A stretch of 64,000 bases of DNA from Candidatus Komeilibacteria bacterium (GTDB lineage: Bacteria; Patescibacteriota; Patescibacteriia; UBA1558), in assembly GCA_048538275.1 (NCBI GenBank), contig JBLYPW010000002.1, positions 2,111 through 66,110 on the forward strand, written 5' to 3'. This document shows, piece after piece, positions 30,601 through 39,587 of this stretch. How positions within the stretch are numbered: the first letter of the stretch is position 1; each line of letters opens with the position of its first letter. A program made the translations under genes and the position numbers. The notes beneath the pieces are model-generated. The model saw nothing but the letters and a program-made list of their open reading frames with translations. It did no database searches and was not told the DNA's origin.

Positions 30601-33412
30601 CGGCGTTTTGACCGGTTGGACCTGGGATGATGGTGTGGCTGTTCAGATTGGTGGAGTTACTGGTACAGCTGGTTATACAATATTTGGATTTATTGATGAG
30701 CCTAAAATATTCAACCGCGCTCTTACGCAAAGAGAAATTATGATGGAAATGAACGCTGGTAAACATCAGCCAGTATTAGATTTAGGTTTTGATGAAGGTG
30801 GAGGCAGTACAGCTTATGATAAGTCAGTTTTAACTAATAATGGTAGTATTTCTGGAGCTGATTATAAAACTCCGGAAAATTGTGTAAGTGGAAGTTGTTT
30901 GGATTTTAATGGTAGTAGTGATCATGTACGGATTACAGATAGCAGTTCTGGTGATGATTTGGATTTTGGTAGTGACAGCTTTACCGTTTCAGCTTGGGCT
31001 AATATTGATGAAGGAACAACTGCGCGTGGCACAGTACTATCCAAATCTAATGATGTGACTATGCCGGATACAGTTGGCTATTGGTTGATGGGACCCTATA
31101 CTGGTTGGTCTAGCACCTTTGCTTTTGCTACCAACGATGGTTCAGGTAGCACATTTTATGTTAGTGATGGTGATACTAGCTTGATAGATGGTAAGTGGCA
31201 TCACGTTGGTTTGATTTTAAATAGAGATACGGGCATTATGACGCTTTATGAAGATGGTCAGTCAGTTGACACGGCTGATATTAGTTCTTTGGGTAGTATT
31301 TCTAATAGTTATAATTTTGGTGTAGGTAGTTATCAAGGTGGTGGCAGTAATGTGATCAATGGCAAAATAGATGAAGTTAAAATGTATAATTATGCTTTAA
31401 CAGAAGCAGAATTAAAACAAGAATACACTCAATCCAAAGGTCAGTTTGGGCGGACTAGTGCGGTGGGAGAAAAAACCACGCCCGGAGCTTCTTGCGCGGA
31501 TATTTTAGCGAAAAATTCTCAGGTCGCAGATGGATATTATTGGATAGATCCTAATGGCGGATCACAATCAGACGCTTTTAAGGTTTATTGTGATATGACC
31601 ACTAATGGCGGGGGCTGGACATTGATTGAGTCATTTTCTTTAGCTAATAAAGCAAGTTTTACATCATTTTTGGGCAACGTGTCTATAAATGAGGATGATC
31701 CGACTCAAATAGATAATTATAGATTATCTAAGACTAGAATGGATAATTTAAATGGCGTTTCAACACAATGGCGCTCAACCTGTCAAATGAATCAGGATCC
31801 TACTAGAGATTATGCAATATCTAATAAATCAGATACAGATATAATGACATTTGCAATTACTGATAGTTGCCGGGTTATGGTTGATGTAAATGTCCGTGGT
31901 TATAATTGTCAAAATTGTCAGGCTAAGTGGTGGGGTTATGCCGCAGGTAGTAAGCATACCCACTTAGATTCAAGCATTAATAATGCTGTGTGTGGTGTAG
32001 GATCGCTTGACTCAGACGCTGGCTCTGTAAGTTCAGAAGATAATTGGGGTTATTATGCTTATACAAATCCTGAATTTCAATGTACTGCTTCTAGCGATTC
32101 AACAACAAATTGGTGGATGGGAGGTCTTGGCAGTAGTATTTCTACCGGCCCTGTTCTTGACATGACTTTTGATAAATATGTTGGTGGAGTTTATTTGGAT
32201 GAGAGTGGCAACGGACATAATACTACTACTATTAGCAGTGATCCTGAATGGAAAACAACAGTCAATTGTAAGTCGGGCAGATGTGTAGATTTTGATGATA
32301 GTTCGGATTGGGTTAGGATTGCAGCAAATTCAGTATTTGATTTTACAGGCGACTATACTTTAGAGGCGTGGATTAAGCCAAATTCTGTCGTGGGTTATCG
32401 TCACGGCATTATGGGTAAATATTCTAGCGATGGTTGGGGTTTGAATTTGCATGAAGATAAGGTGAATTTTGGTAGTCATACTTGTAGTAACTTTAGTGGT
32501 TCAACTAGTTTGCAAGCAGGTGCTTGGTATCATGTGGTGGGTATTTATAAAGAAACAGGTGATGATGAACTTTATGTGAATAGTCGTTTAGATGGAACTG
32601 GTAATTTAACCGACGGGAATTGTAATGCTGATACTAGCGATGTTGTTATTGGTACTTATAGAACTTCAACAACAGAAGAGTTTAATGGGATCATTGATCA
32701 GGTAAAAATATACGATAGAGCTTTAACACAGAGAGAAATATCTATGAACTATAATGGCGGTCAACCGATTGGTTGGTGGCGACTGGATGAGGGGGCGGAT
32801 AATTTATGTTCTGACGGCAAAGACGCTTGTGATAGTTCCGGTGAAGGGAATAATGGGACAGAAAGTGGAAATATTACTTGGATAACAGATACTTCTTTGT
32901 GTAAACAGGGTGGTTGTGCTAGTTTTGACGGGAGCGGGGATTATATACAAACTAGTTTATCCCAAACTTTTAATTCAACGACTATATCTTTCTGGATGGA
33001 TTGGGATAATTATGGAACAGATACTATCGATTTTATAGGAGAAAGTGAGGATAGTAGTAAAGTAATGGTTCACACCGGCGGTGGATCAGGGATAAATGGT
33101 ATAAGGTTTCATTTTGCTTCAAGCGCTTCAGGGTTTGATACAATAGGTATAATCGGCTCTGGTTGGAATCATTATTTAGTCACTTATGATAATGGGAGTA
33201 TAAAAATTTATAAAAACGGAGTTTTGGAAAATTCCGCAACGGTGACAGATGAGTCTGCTACTATAAGTTCTTGGGATATTGGCAGAAGAAGTAATAGTGA
33301 TGGTTATCATTTTAATGGTTCTTTAGATGATATCCGCATCTACAACTACGCCCTCACCGATAAACAGGTTAAAGAAGTATATAATCAAGGGTTGATTCAT
33401 TTTACCCCGTAA
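27674..33412 (+). CDS. Giant paralog 5 (1,912 aa): REP-encoded leader, TM anchor, DUF2341-like domain, LamG-like modules and two fibrinogen-C-terminal-like domains.
   Basis: Leader MLNIKEKFKINPRRWQRRGLATPGVG is encoded by the REP inverted pair plus palindrome at 27705-27752. TM helix IASILFIAIIIVAGLIYIF. DUF2341-like block TWWNPTWSYRQSIAVTN...GKLQADLADLRFTD...IYMYYGNSSA. Fibrinogen-like motifs CADQLAKNPGSKSGVYTIDPGYGVDPFDVYCDMETDGGGWTMVA at ~29395-29560 and CADILAKNSQVADGYYWIDPNGG..FKVYCDMTTNGGGWTLIE at ~31480-31640. LamG ends DEVRIYDRALSANEV, DEVKMYNYALTEAEL, DDIRIYNYALTDKQV. Confidence 0.8.
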   Translation: MLNIKEKFKINPRRWQRRGLATPGVGIRIASILFIAIIIVAGLIYIFNKPQSVEATWWNPTWSYRQSIAVTNGSGGTLTDFQVEILQNVDLSSLNTAGKLQADLADLRFTDINHRVLPYWIEDNTISSVNAWIKIPSIPTTGTTIYMYYGNSSASDAQDGFNTFLAFDDFEDGDMSTWEHIDAWGDNLGTWTESGGVMRADCNTLWCHETAWQHVNFQTDNVALAAKHRCLGNNSDGEGGIGISFTGGWENYSTQQTMLIRNDNQDIWASGGTPSTTVSFTNTCNTWYKTEIRDIAGSNATLWVDDVQKHATTNSVTTVNGRPALSQYKGDIEYDWVYYRKLASTQPTAGSPATEENAPGPVGYWNFNEGFGTTAYDSTGYGNDGTISGATWVQNGKSGRALSFNGSSDYIITNNDIGISGTDERTVSLWVKTTSANVTTNSIIFGMGTAAANNLFAMRTDSTTDTWRFTDASVARETNVSTTGQWQHIVTILDSSQQLSVYIDGIITDVNNIDLSSQDTTNAPFYIGSSVNNTLYFDGLIDEVRIYDRALSANEVKQLYNQNAGSFNVGQSGISTSCADQLAKNPGSKSGVYTIDPGYGVDPFDVYCDMETDGGGWTMVASNHSSSTLIPSGTGRNSAEYELDRNGSYTALGTPSPNTDYIIGAAINILEWDEARITMFGFDSTSSSYVYPTNLGDYADVKWDVPGSDAGRLDQAVAAASVSIFRNNNFASFHPSVAYFYVDGVHHDYMPDSVYGANANQATVGGVGRSGTTVTGTYFGHGVTEGSFEGSYGPGNTASKNASGYVTWVRSNTVTSSSGVALDLPFEAVSGSTTYDISGNENNGTITGATHKTSANCKVGRCFEFDGSGDTITISDSTSINAIGQAMTLSAWVKPSAFTTSYRSGIITRRNGNAGIGFYLAGDLDPATSGTMEAMIGGGANVAANTALPLDEWSYTTMVASGDSISFYLNGVDDGGGVLTGWTWDDGVAVQIGGVTGTAGYTIFGFIDEPKIFNRALTQREIMMEMNAGKHQPVLDLGFDEGGGSTAYDKSVLTNNGSISGADYKTPENCVSGSCLDFNGSSDHVRITDSSSGDDLDFGSDSFTVSAWANIDEGTTARGTVLSKSNDVTMPDTVGYWLMGPYTGWSSTFAFATNDGSGSTFYVSDGDTSLIDGKWHHVGLILNRDTGIMTLYEDGQSVDTADISSLGSISNSYNFGVGSYQGGGSNVINGKIDEVKMYNYALTEAELKQEYTQSKGQFGRTSAVGEKTTPGASCADILAKNSQVADGYYWIDPNGGSQSDAFKVYCDMTTNGGGWTLIESFSLANKASFTSFLGNVSINEDDPTQIDNYRLSKTRMDNLNGVSTQWRSTCQMNQDPTRDYAISNKSDTDIMTFAITDSCRVMVDVNVRGYNCQNCQAKWWGYAAGSKHTHLDSSINNAVCGVGSLDSDAGSVSSEDNWGYYAYTNPEFQCTASSDSTTNWWMGGLGSSISTGPVLDMTFDKYVGGVYLDESGNGHNTTTISSDPEWKTTVNCKSGRCVDFDDSSDWVRIAANSVFDFTGDYTLEAWIKPNSVVGYRHGIMGKYSSDGWGLNLHEDKVNFGSHTCSNFSGSTSLQAGAWYHVVGIYKETGDDELYVNSRLDGTGNLTDGNCNADTSDVVIGTYRTSTTEEFNGIIDQVKIYDRALTQREISMNYNGGQPIGWWRLDEGADNLCSDGKDACDSSGEGNNGTESGNITWITDTSLCKQGGCASFDGSGDYIQTSLSQTFNSTTISFWMDWDNYGTDTIDFIGESEDSSKVMVHTGGGSGINGIRFHFASSASGFDTIGIIGSGWNHYLVTYDNGSIKIYKNGVLENSATVTDESATISSWDIGRRSNSDGYHFNGSLDDIRIYNYALTDKQVKEVYNQGLIHFTP

Positions 33413-33434
33413 AGTAACGAAGTTACTAACGGGG
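33405..33434. repeat. Palindrome family 2 (ccccgtaaagtaacgaagttactaacgggg), overlapping the stop codon of paralog 5.
   Basis: Nested inverted repeat with inner stem gtaacgaagttac. Related copies at 39306-39336 and 44821-44935. Confidence 0.75.
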
Positions 33435-33462
33435 TGAGGGATAATGGTTATAACATATCAAT

Positions 33463-33600
33463 ATACAATACCCCGTCACTTCGACCGATGTCCAAACGCA
33501 GTGCGGACGAGTGGAGAAGTCTATAGAGCAGCCGTGTGATGAGAGACTTCTCCGCTCGCTTTCGCTCGGTCGAAGTGAAGAGGAGTATGGTTACTAGGGG
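33463..33600. repeat. MITE-like palindromic element, family 3, copy 2.
   Basis: ccccgtcacttcgaccgatgtccaaacgcagtgcggacgagtggagaagtctatagagcagccgtgtgatgagagacttctccgctcgctttcgctcggtcgaagtga is a long imperfect palindrome. Confidence 0.7.
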
Positions 33601-33686
33601 CGGTAGAATTAAAAAGCCGTTCGGAGGAAGCTCCAGACACGTCTGACGTGTCCAGCTTCCGACGAACGTGTGGATGAGGCAAAATT

Positions 33687-33806
33687 ATGCTAAAAATATT
33701 AAAAAACTTAATAAAAACGAGCCGGTGGCGCCACCGGCCTCCGGCTCCCGGCCTCCGGCTCCCAGCCTCCGGCCTTAGGCTCGGAGAGCGTTGGAATTAG
33801 TAAATC
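33687..33806. repeat. About 120-bp GC-rich insertion, relative to the paralogous leader at 39540-39590. It has 9-bp direct repeats ATGCTAAAA at both ends and internal cctccggctcc tandem units.
   Basis: Upstream regions 33586-33686 and 39516-39587 align. The second copy runs straight into ATGCTAAAATTAGCC. The first copy duplicates ATGCTAAAA at 33687 and 33807, with ...gccggtggcgccaccggcctccggctcccggcctccggctcccagcctccggcc... in between. Confidence 0.6.
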
Positions 33807-36800
33807 ATGCTAAAATTAGCCAAAAAATTTAAAATCAACCCCCAGCGTTGGCAACCCCCGGCGTTGGGAATATTAATAACAGCGATTATTATTGTATTTG
33901 CCGTGGTTTATTTTCTTCGAACACCCGGTGTTGTACAGGCAGAATGGTGGAATGAGGGCTGGCATTATAGAGATTCATATCCTATTACATACTCATCATC
34001 TGGTTCGGAATTAACAGAATATCAAGTCTTGGTGGAGGATCTGGATACTGCTACTCTAATAGCGGCTGGCAAGATGCAGTCTGATTGCGCGGATATTAGG
34101 TTTACAGATGTTAATAGTACAGTATTGAATTATTCTATTGTCGGCGCTACTTGTAATACCAGCAATACTAAAATATGGGTGAAGATGGAAAGCATCCCGG
34201 CAGGAGGAACAACTTTGTATTTATATTATGGCAATCCAAGTGCTAGTTTTTATCAAAGTGAAGAGAACACATTTAGTTATAGTACAGAAAAAACAGTGGG
34301 ATATGTTTTAAATGACGGGAGTACAGCTTTTGATTTAATTAGTTTGGCAGATGGTAATTCTATAACACACAATAGTACGACTTTAACTTTGAATAAAGGT
34401 GAAAGTAGCGCCCTTACTACCTCTACTTATTTACCAGTAACTGCCAAAAAATTATTTAATATGTCCACTGAGGAGTATGATACTATTGTACCGATTGGTT
34501 GGGCTGGCACGGAGTTTGTTTACCAGAATCGCAACGGGACTTATGAAACAGATTTTGTTATGGTCAGTCCGTGGGGTACGGCTACCGTACAAATATATAT
34601 TGATGGTGTGCAATGTGGTGCTGATAGAACAGTAACTAGCTCTGGTTTAAAGGTGACAGACTGTGGCGGCGCTGCTTCTGATGTGTTTAGGATAGTAAGT
34701 GATATACCTATCATTGTAAATAGGTCTAGCAGTGTAAATGATCCCCACCCTATGCATCCGGCTGATTTAGGACCTTGGTATGGTTGGGATTCAAGCGGCG
34801 ATTATATTGCCGCTGGCCCTAGTGGAGCCAGTTATCAGTGGATAGATAGTGGCATGAGCTCTGTTTCCTCAAGTAGTTTAGGTGCAAATGCGGGGACTAC
34901 TTTAGAAGCTGGTGGTGGCAGTTATTATTCTGGTGATACTATTAAGGTTTGGTCAACAGATTATGTTATGGGCGCGTCTACAGCTGGTGATGCTGACGGA
35001 GGGGATGCTACTACTTATTTGCCAAACTGGGAATTTGGCACCATAACCGGGTCGCCTTATGCAACGGATTTTGTGGCAGTACTATCTGATCAGGCAGTCA
35101 CTTGTACAACTTATAATAATAGCGGTGCCACCGTAAATACACAGCAATTATCTAGTACCAATACACAGGTTTATGAACTGGGTGGAACAAACTTTGGTAT
35201 AGGAAGTACTAGTGAATATATTAGTGGTGCTTGGTATGTAGAATGTGATGGGCCAGCTATGTTTGTATCACAAAATGTTGATGATGAACAAAATATGTGG
35301 TCTTGGCCTATGATGCGGCAGTTTTCTTATCCTACACCAGCGGTTGGTTCGGCTAGTGGTGAGGAAAAAGGAGAAGCACCAATATTGTATTGGAAGTTTG
35401 ATGAAGGTGTAGATAATTCTTGTTCTGGTGGCGGCGATGTGTGTGATTCCACAACCACCGGCGATCACAGGAACTTAGTGGGAGAACCAGATTGGCAGAG
35501 TGAAGACATGTGCGTGTCTGGTAAATGTTTATACTTTGACGGTACTAATGATTATATAGATTTAGGTTTTGGCAGCGGTCGTAATTTAGCTACCGATCCA
35601 TTATCAATAAGTATGTGGGTTAGACCAACTAGTTCTAGTGAAGATAATATGTACATAGCAACAGTGAATGGTACCAATCAGAGATTTTATTTTGCTATAC
35701 AAAATGGTTTATGGGATATGGGAATTCAAAATTCAACTTGGAGTCAAGGGGGTGCTGTTACTAGTGCAGACCTTAACGAATGGACGCATATAGCTATTGT
35801 CGCTAATGGTTCAGCAGTTAGGTTATATGTTAATGGTAATTATAGTTTTCAGAAAACATATACTTCGTATGCATTAGCTGGTAATATTGCCATTGCCAGC
35901 CAAGGCCCTGCAGGTGGTTATAAATGGCGAGGCTCCATAGATGATGTTAAAATTTATAATTATGCTCGTACAGACGATCAGATTAAAGCCGACTACTTAG
36001 CCGGCTTATCTGGCTCTTCGTCTGGTGTTGGCGCGTCTTTGGGCAGTAGGCAACAAGATCAGAGTGAAGGGCTGGTTGGTTATTGGCAGATGGATGATGC
36101 GGGTGTAGATGCTGAAGGTGAAACCATCAGTGATAGTTCCGGTAACGGCAACAGCGGCACGCTTTATGGTGATAATGCTACCGGTGATAATGGTACTGGT
36201 ATGGATTGTACCGTTACCGGTAAATATGGTACGGGTTGTAGTTTTGACGGGGTGGATGATTATGTTCTGAGTAGTTCCAATATCCCCGCTATGTCAAATT
36301 TTACGATATCAGTATGGCTACAGTGGGATGATTATGGCACTTCAAATACTCAATTTGTCACTGGAGGTGCTCAGGAGCAGTTTGAAATTCAAACCGGTGG
36401 AGGCAGCGGAACAAACGGTTTACGTTTTATACCCAATACTCACGACGCATCTACGTTAGATGTTGCTAATGCAATTCCAGATGCAAACTGGCATCATTAT
36501 GCAGTTGTATATACCAACAATGATCAAGTACTTGCATATAGAGACGGAGACGAAATTGGAAATAAGAGTCACTCGGTAAGTAGTAGTACTACAGCAAGTC
36601 AATTCAATATTGGAAGAAGAAGCAATAATAGTTATTTTTTTGATGGCAAAATAGATAATGTAAAAATATACAATACCGCCCGTACAGCCGAGCAGATAAT
36701 GAGGGATTATAAAACTGGACCATCGCCGGTGGCTTATTATGATTTTGAAGAACAATCCACTAGCATAGCCTATGACAGATCAGGCACTGGTGTTAATTTA

Positions 36801-39272
36801 ACGGCTACTGGTCTTGATAGTACAAATATTGGTTTAGGTAAATATGGCAGTGCATATAAATATACTACATGGGAAGAAAATCATATAGGAACGGCTAGTA
36901 GTATTTGTAATACTATCACCATGGAAGCCTGGATCTACCCATTATCTGATCCTGCTGAAAGATATACCATAGTATTTTATTCAGGTTCTCAAGCCGCTTA
37001 TTTAAGCTATGCTAATGGGCAAGCCCTTAATACTTATTGGGCCAGCAAATCTTCTCCTGGTTATCATACGTCTGGTGCAAGCACTGTACCAATTAATCAG
37101 TGGTCTCATGTAGCCGCAGTTTGGGATGATGCTGGTGTCAGCCTTTATGTTAATGGCATTGAAAAAAATAGAGTGTCAACAACGGGTGGCTCTTGTACGG
37201 GAACAAGTTTAACTTTAGCTGCGCAAAATAGTGGACGACAAATGAATGGCTATATTGATGATGTTCGGATTTATGATTATCCCCGTACCCAGGAACAAAT
37301 TCTTTGGGACATGTATGGTGATGAATCGCCACACCCCATTGCTTATTGGAATTTTGATGAGGGATATGGCAGTACAGTTAATGATAGTGGGCCCTTGGGG
37401 GCTGATGGTACCATTACGGGTGGAACTTGGACAACGGATGGTAAATTAGCTAATGGTGTATCTATCAATAGTACGGACTCTATTAGTTGTGGCACTCATT
37501 CAGGTTTAATATTCGGTAGCGCAGATCATTCTTTTAGTGCTTGGGTAAAGCCAAGCGCTTTAACTAATTCTAATAATTATATTGTTGCCATTGGTAATAA
37601 TGCAACTGGCGAGCAATCCGGATTTGGTGTGAAAAGTGATGGAGATTTATTTCACTCAGCCTATTCTTCTCCTTTGGTAAGTTTTGATACGTCAGTTTCT
37701 ACGGGCAATTGGTATCATTTAGCTTTGGTACACGATAGTGGCACGAGTTATGCTTATGTGAACGGTGAACAAGTTAGCGGTCAAGCTATAGCTATGAATA
37801 TTACTACTGGCAAATGTTATATAGGCGCTCATACAGCCGCTGGTTCAACATTTAATGACGGCATCTTGGATGAAGTAAAAATATTCAATTTTGCTTTATC
37901 CCCAGAACAAGTCCGTCAAGAATATAATCAAGGTAGTCAGGTATCATTAGGTAAGCAAAAAAATGATTCATCCACTTGGGATGATGGTGGTTTTGGTGGT
38001 GCGGCGCCAGTAGCATATTGGAATTTTGAAGAGGGTAGTGGTTCTACGGTTTATGACCGGTCTGTTAATAGTAATAATGGTACGATTACCAATGCCACTT
38101 ATACGCTGGGTAAGCCTGGTTGGGGTATGCAGTTTGATCCTACTAATGAATATGTTTCTATTCCAGACCATACTGCATTAAAGCCAACAGAGATTACAGT
38201 TGAGGCTTGGGTAAAGCCTGGCACTACCATGTCTAATAATAGGATTATTTCTAAAACAGAGGTTAGTGGTTATACAATGGGCATGGCGATAGATGGTACA
38301 GCTGATAGTAACTTTTATGTATATAGAGATGGTGGATATATTAATGCTGGTTGGGATGTTTCTAATTTTAGTTCAGGTACTTGGTATCATATGGTTGGTA
38401 CTTATGATGGACAATATATTAAATTTTATGTAAATGGAGATCTTAAAGAATCTGTGGATGCGATTGGTAATTATCCCATAACATATATTGCTAATAATCT
38501 TTGTATTGGAATTGAAGCTGGCGGTACTACTTGTACAGATACTCGTGATTTTGACGGTGTTATAGACGAAGTAAAAATATTTGACTACGCTCGTACCCAA
38601 GCACAAATTGCTTATGATTATAATGGTGGTAAGCCGGTCGGTTGGTGGCCACTTGATAACAATGAGGGCATAACCGCTATGGATATTTCCGGAAATGGTA
38701 ATCATGGAACATTGACCGATATGGATCCGGCCACTGATTGGCTGGATGGTACAAGTTGTCAATACGAAGGCTGTCTGGATTTTGATGGGATGGATGATTA
38801 TGTTGATATCTCTTCATACGATATTTCTACCCCAAGTTTTACAGCTTCCTTATGGTTTAATATGACTACGTTAGAGGATAGTGATTATAATATACTTTTA
38901 CAGCAAACTGATAGTGGTTCAGGAACGGGTAGAACATTCCTTGGGATACACACAACCACTAATGACATATTTACAAATATTGGTAATTCACAATTAACTT
39001 CAGGAATCATTCCAGATACAGGAACTTGGTATCACGCTGTAGTATCTTTTGACGGTTCTAATCTCAAATTATATGTTAATGGAAAGTTAGAAAATTCCAC
39101 TACTGATGTGTTGGAAAGCGCTAACGCTTCAATATTAATTGGGGCTGGCAAATCGTTTTCTGCTACTCAATTCTTTGATGGTAAACTAGACGATGTTAGA
39201 ATATATAATTATGATCTAACCGCTGATCAAGTAAAAGAAGTTATGAACCACGGAGCTGTTTATTTTAAATAA
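33807..39272 (+). CDS. Giant paralog 6 (1,821 aa): REP-encoded leader, TM anchor, DUF2341-like domain, many LamG-like modules. It ends in VMNHGAVYFK.
   Basis: Leader MLKLAKKFKINPQRWQPPAL, with the REP dimer at 33836-33867. DUF2341-like block EWWNEGWHYRDSYPITY...GKMQSDCADIRFTD...LYLYYGNPSA. Several blocks are about 93 percent identical at nucleotide level to paralog 4 (for example 36033-36270 versus 23521-23760). Confidence 0.8.
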   Translation: MLKLAKKFKINPQRWQPPALGILITAIIIVFAVVYFLRTPGVVQAEWWNEGWHYRDSYPITYSSSGSELTEYQVLVEDLDTATLIAAGKMQSDCADIRFTDVNSTVLNYSIVGATCNTSNTKIWVKMESIPAGGTTLYLYYGNPSASFYQSEENTFSYSTEKTVGYVLNDGSTAFDLISLADGNSITHNSTTLTLNKGESSALTTSTYLPVTAKKLFNMSTEEYDTIVPIGWAGTEFVYQNRNGTYETDFVMVSPWGTATVQIYIDGVQCGADRTVTSSGLKVTDCGGAASDVFRIVSDIPIIVNRSSSVNDPHPMHPADLGPWYGWDSSGDYIAAGPSGASYQWIDSGMSSVSSSSLGANAGTTLEAGGGSYYSGDTIKVWSTDYVMGASTAGDADGGDATTYLPNWEFGTITGSPYATDFVAVLSDQAVTCTTYNNSGATVNTQQLSSTNTQVYELGGTNFGIGSTSEYISGAWYVECDGPAMFVSQNVDDEQNMWSWPMMRQFSYPTPAVGSASGEEKGEAPILYWKFDEGVDNSCSGGGDVCDSTTTGDHRNLVGEPDWQSEDMCVSGKCLYFDGTNDYIDLGFGSGRNLATDPLSISMWVRPTSSSEDNMYIATVNGTNQRFYFAIQNGLWDMGIQNSTWSQGGAVTSADLNEWTHIAIVANGSAVRLYVNGNYSFQKTYTSYALAGNIAIASQGPAGGYKWRGSIDDVKIYNYARTDDQIKADYLAGLSGSSSGVGASLGSRQQDQSEGLVGYWQMDDAGVDAEGETISDSSGNGNSGTLYGDNATGDNGTGMDCTVTGKYGTGCSFDGVDDYVLSSSNIPAMSNFTISVWLQWDDYGTSNTQFVTGGAQEQFEIQTGGGSGTNGLRFIPNTHDASTLDVANAIPDANWHHYAVVYTNNDQVLAYRDGDEIGNKSHSVSSSTTASQFNIGRRSNNSYFFDGKIDNVKIYNTARTAEQIMRDYKTGPSPVAYYDFEEQSTSIAYDRSGTGVNLTATGLDSTNIGLGKYGSAYKYTTWEENHIGTASSICNTITMEAWIYPLSDPAERYTIVFYSGSQAAYLSYANGQALNTYWASKSSPGYHTSGASTVPINQWSHVAAVWDDAGVSLYVNGIEKNRVSTTGGSCTGTSLTLAAQNSGRQMNGYIDDVRIYDYPRTQEQILWDMYGDESPHPIAYWNFDEGYGSTVNDSGPLGADGTITGGTWTTDGKLANGVSINSTDSISCGTHSGLIFGSADHSFSAWVKPSALTNSNNYIVAIGNNATGEQSGFGVKSDGDLFHSAYSSPLVSFDTSVSTGNWYHLALVHDSGTSYAYVNGEQVSGQAIAMNITTGKCYIGAHTAAGSTFNDGILDEVKIFNFALSPEQVRQEYNQGSQVSLGKQKNDSSTWDDGGFGGAAPVAYWNFEEGSGSTVYDRSVNSNNGTITNATYTLGKPGWGMQFDPTNEYVSIPDHTALKPTEITVEAWVKPGTTMSNNRIISKTEVSGYTMGMAIDGTADSNFYVYRDGGYINAGWDVSNFSSGTWYHMVGTYDGQYIKFYVNGDLKESVDAIGNYPITYIANNLCIGIEAGGTTCTDTRDFDGVIDEVKIFDYARTQAQIAYDYNGGKPVGWWPLDNNEGITAMDISGNGNHGTLTDMDPATDWLDGTSCQYEGCLDFDGMDDYVDISSYDISTPSFTASLWFNMTTLEDSDYNILLQQTDSGSGTGRTFLGIHTTTNDIFTNIGNSQLTSGIIPDTGTWYHAVVSFDGSNLKLYVNGKLENSTTDVLESANASILIGAGKSFSATQFFDGKLDDVRIYNYDLTADQVKEVMNHGAVYFK

Positions 39273-39305
39273 TTATTTAATAAGCAGGTGATGAACCCCG
39301 TAAAG

Positions 39306-39540
39306 TAACGAAGTTACTAATGGGGGTGAGGGATAATGGTCATAACAAATCAATATACAATACTCCGTCACTTCGACCGATGTCCAAACGCAGTGCGGAC
39401 GAGTGGAGAAGTCTATAGAGTAGCCGTGTGATGAGAGACTTCTCCACTCGCTTTCGCTCGATCGAAGTGACGGATGGGTTATGATGACTCGGTCGAAGTG
39501 ACGAGGAGTATGGTTACTAGGGGTGGTAGAATTAAAAAGC
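39306..39540. repeat. Palindrome family 2 copy (39306-39336) followed by MITE-like family 3 copy 3 (39345-39540).
   Basis: ccccgtaaagtaacgaagttactaatggggg, then ccgtcacttcgaccgatgtccaaacgcagtgcggacgagtggagaagtctatagagtagccgtgtgatgagagacttctccactcgctttcgctcgatcgaagtgac. Confidence 0.7.
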
Positions 39541-39587
39541 CGTTCGGAGGAAGCTGCTTCCGACGAACGTGTTGATGAGGTAAAATT

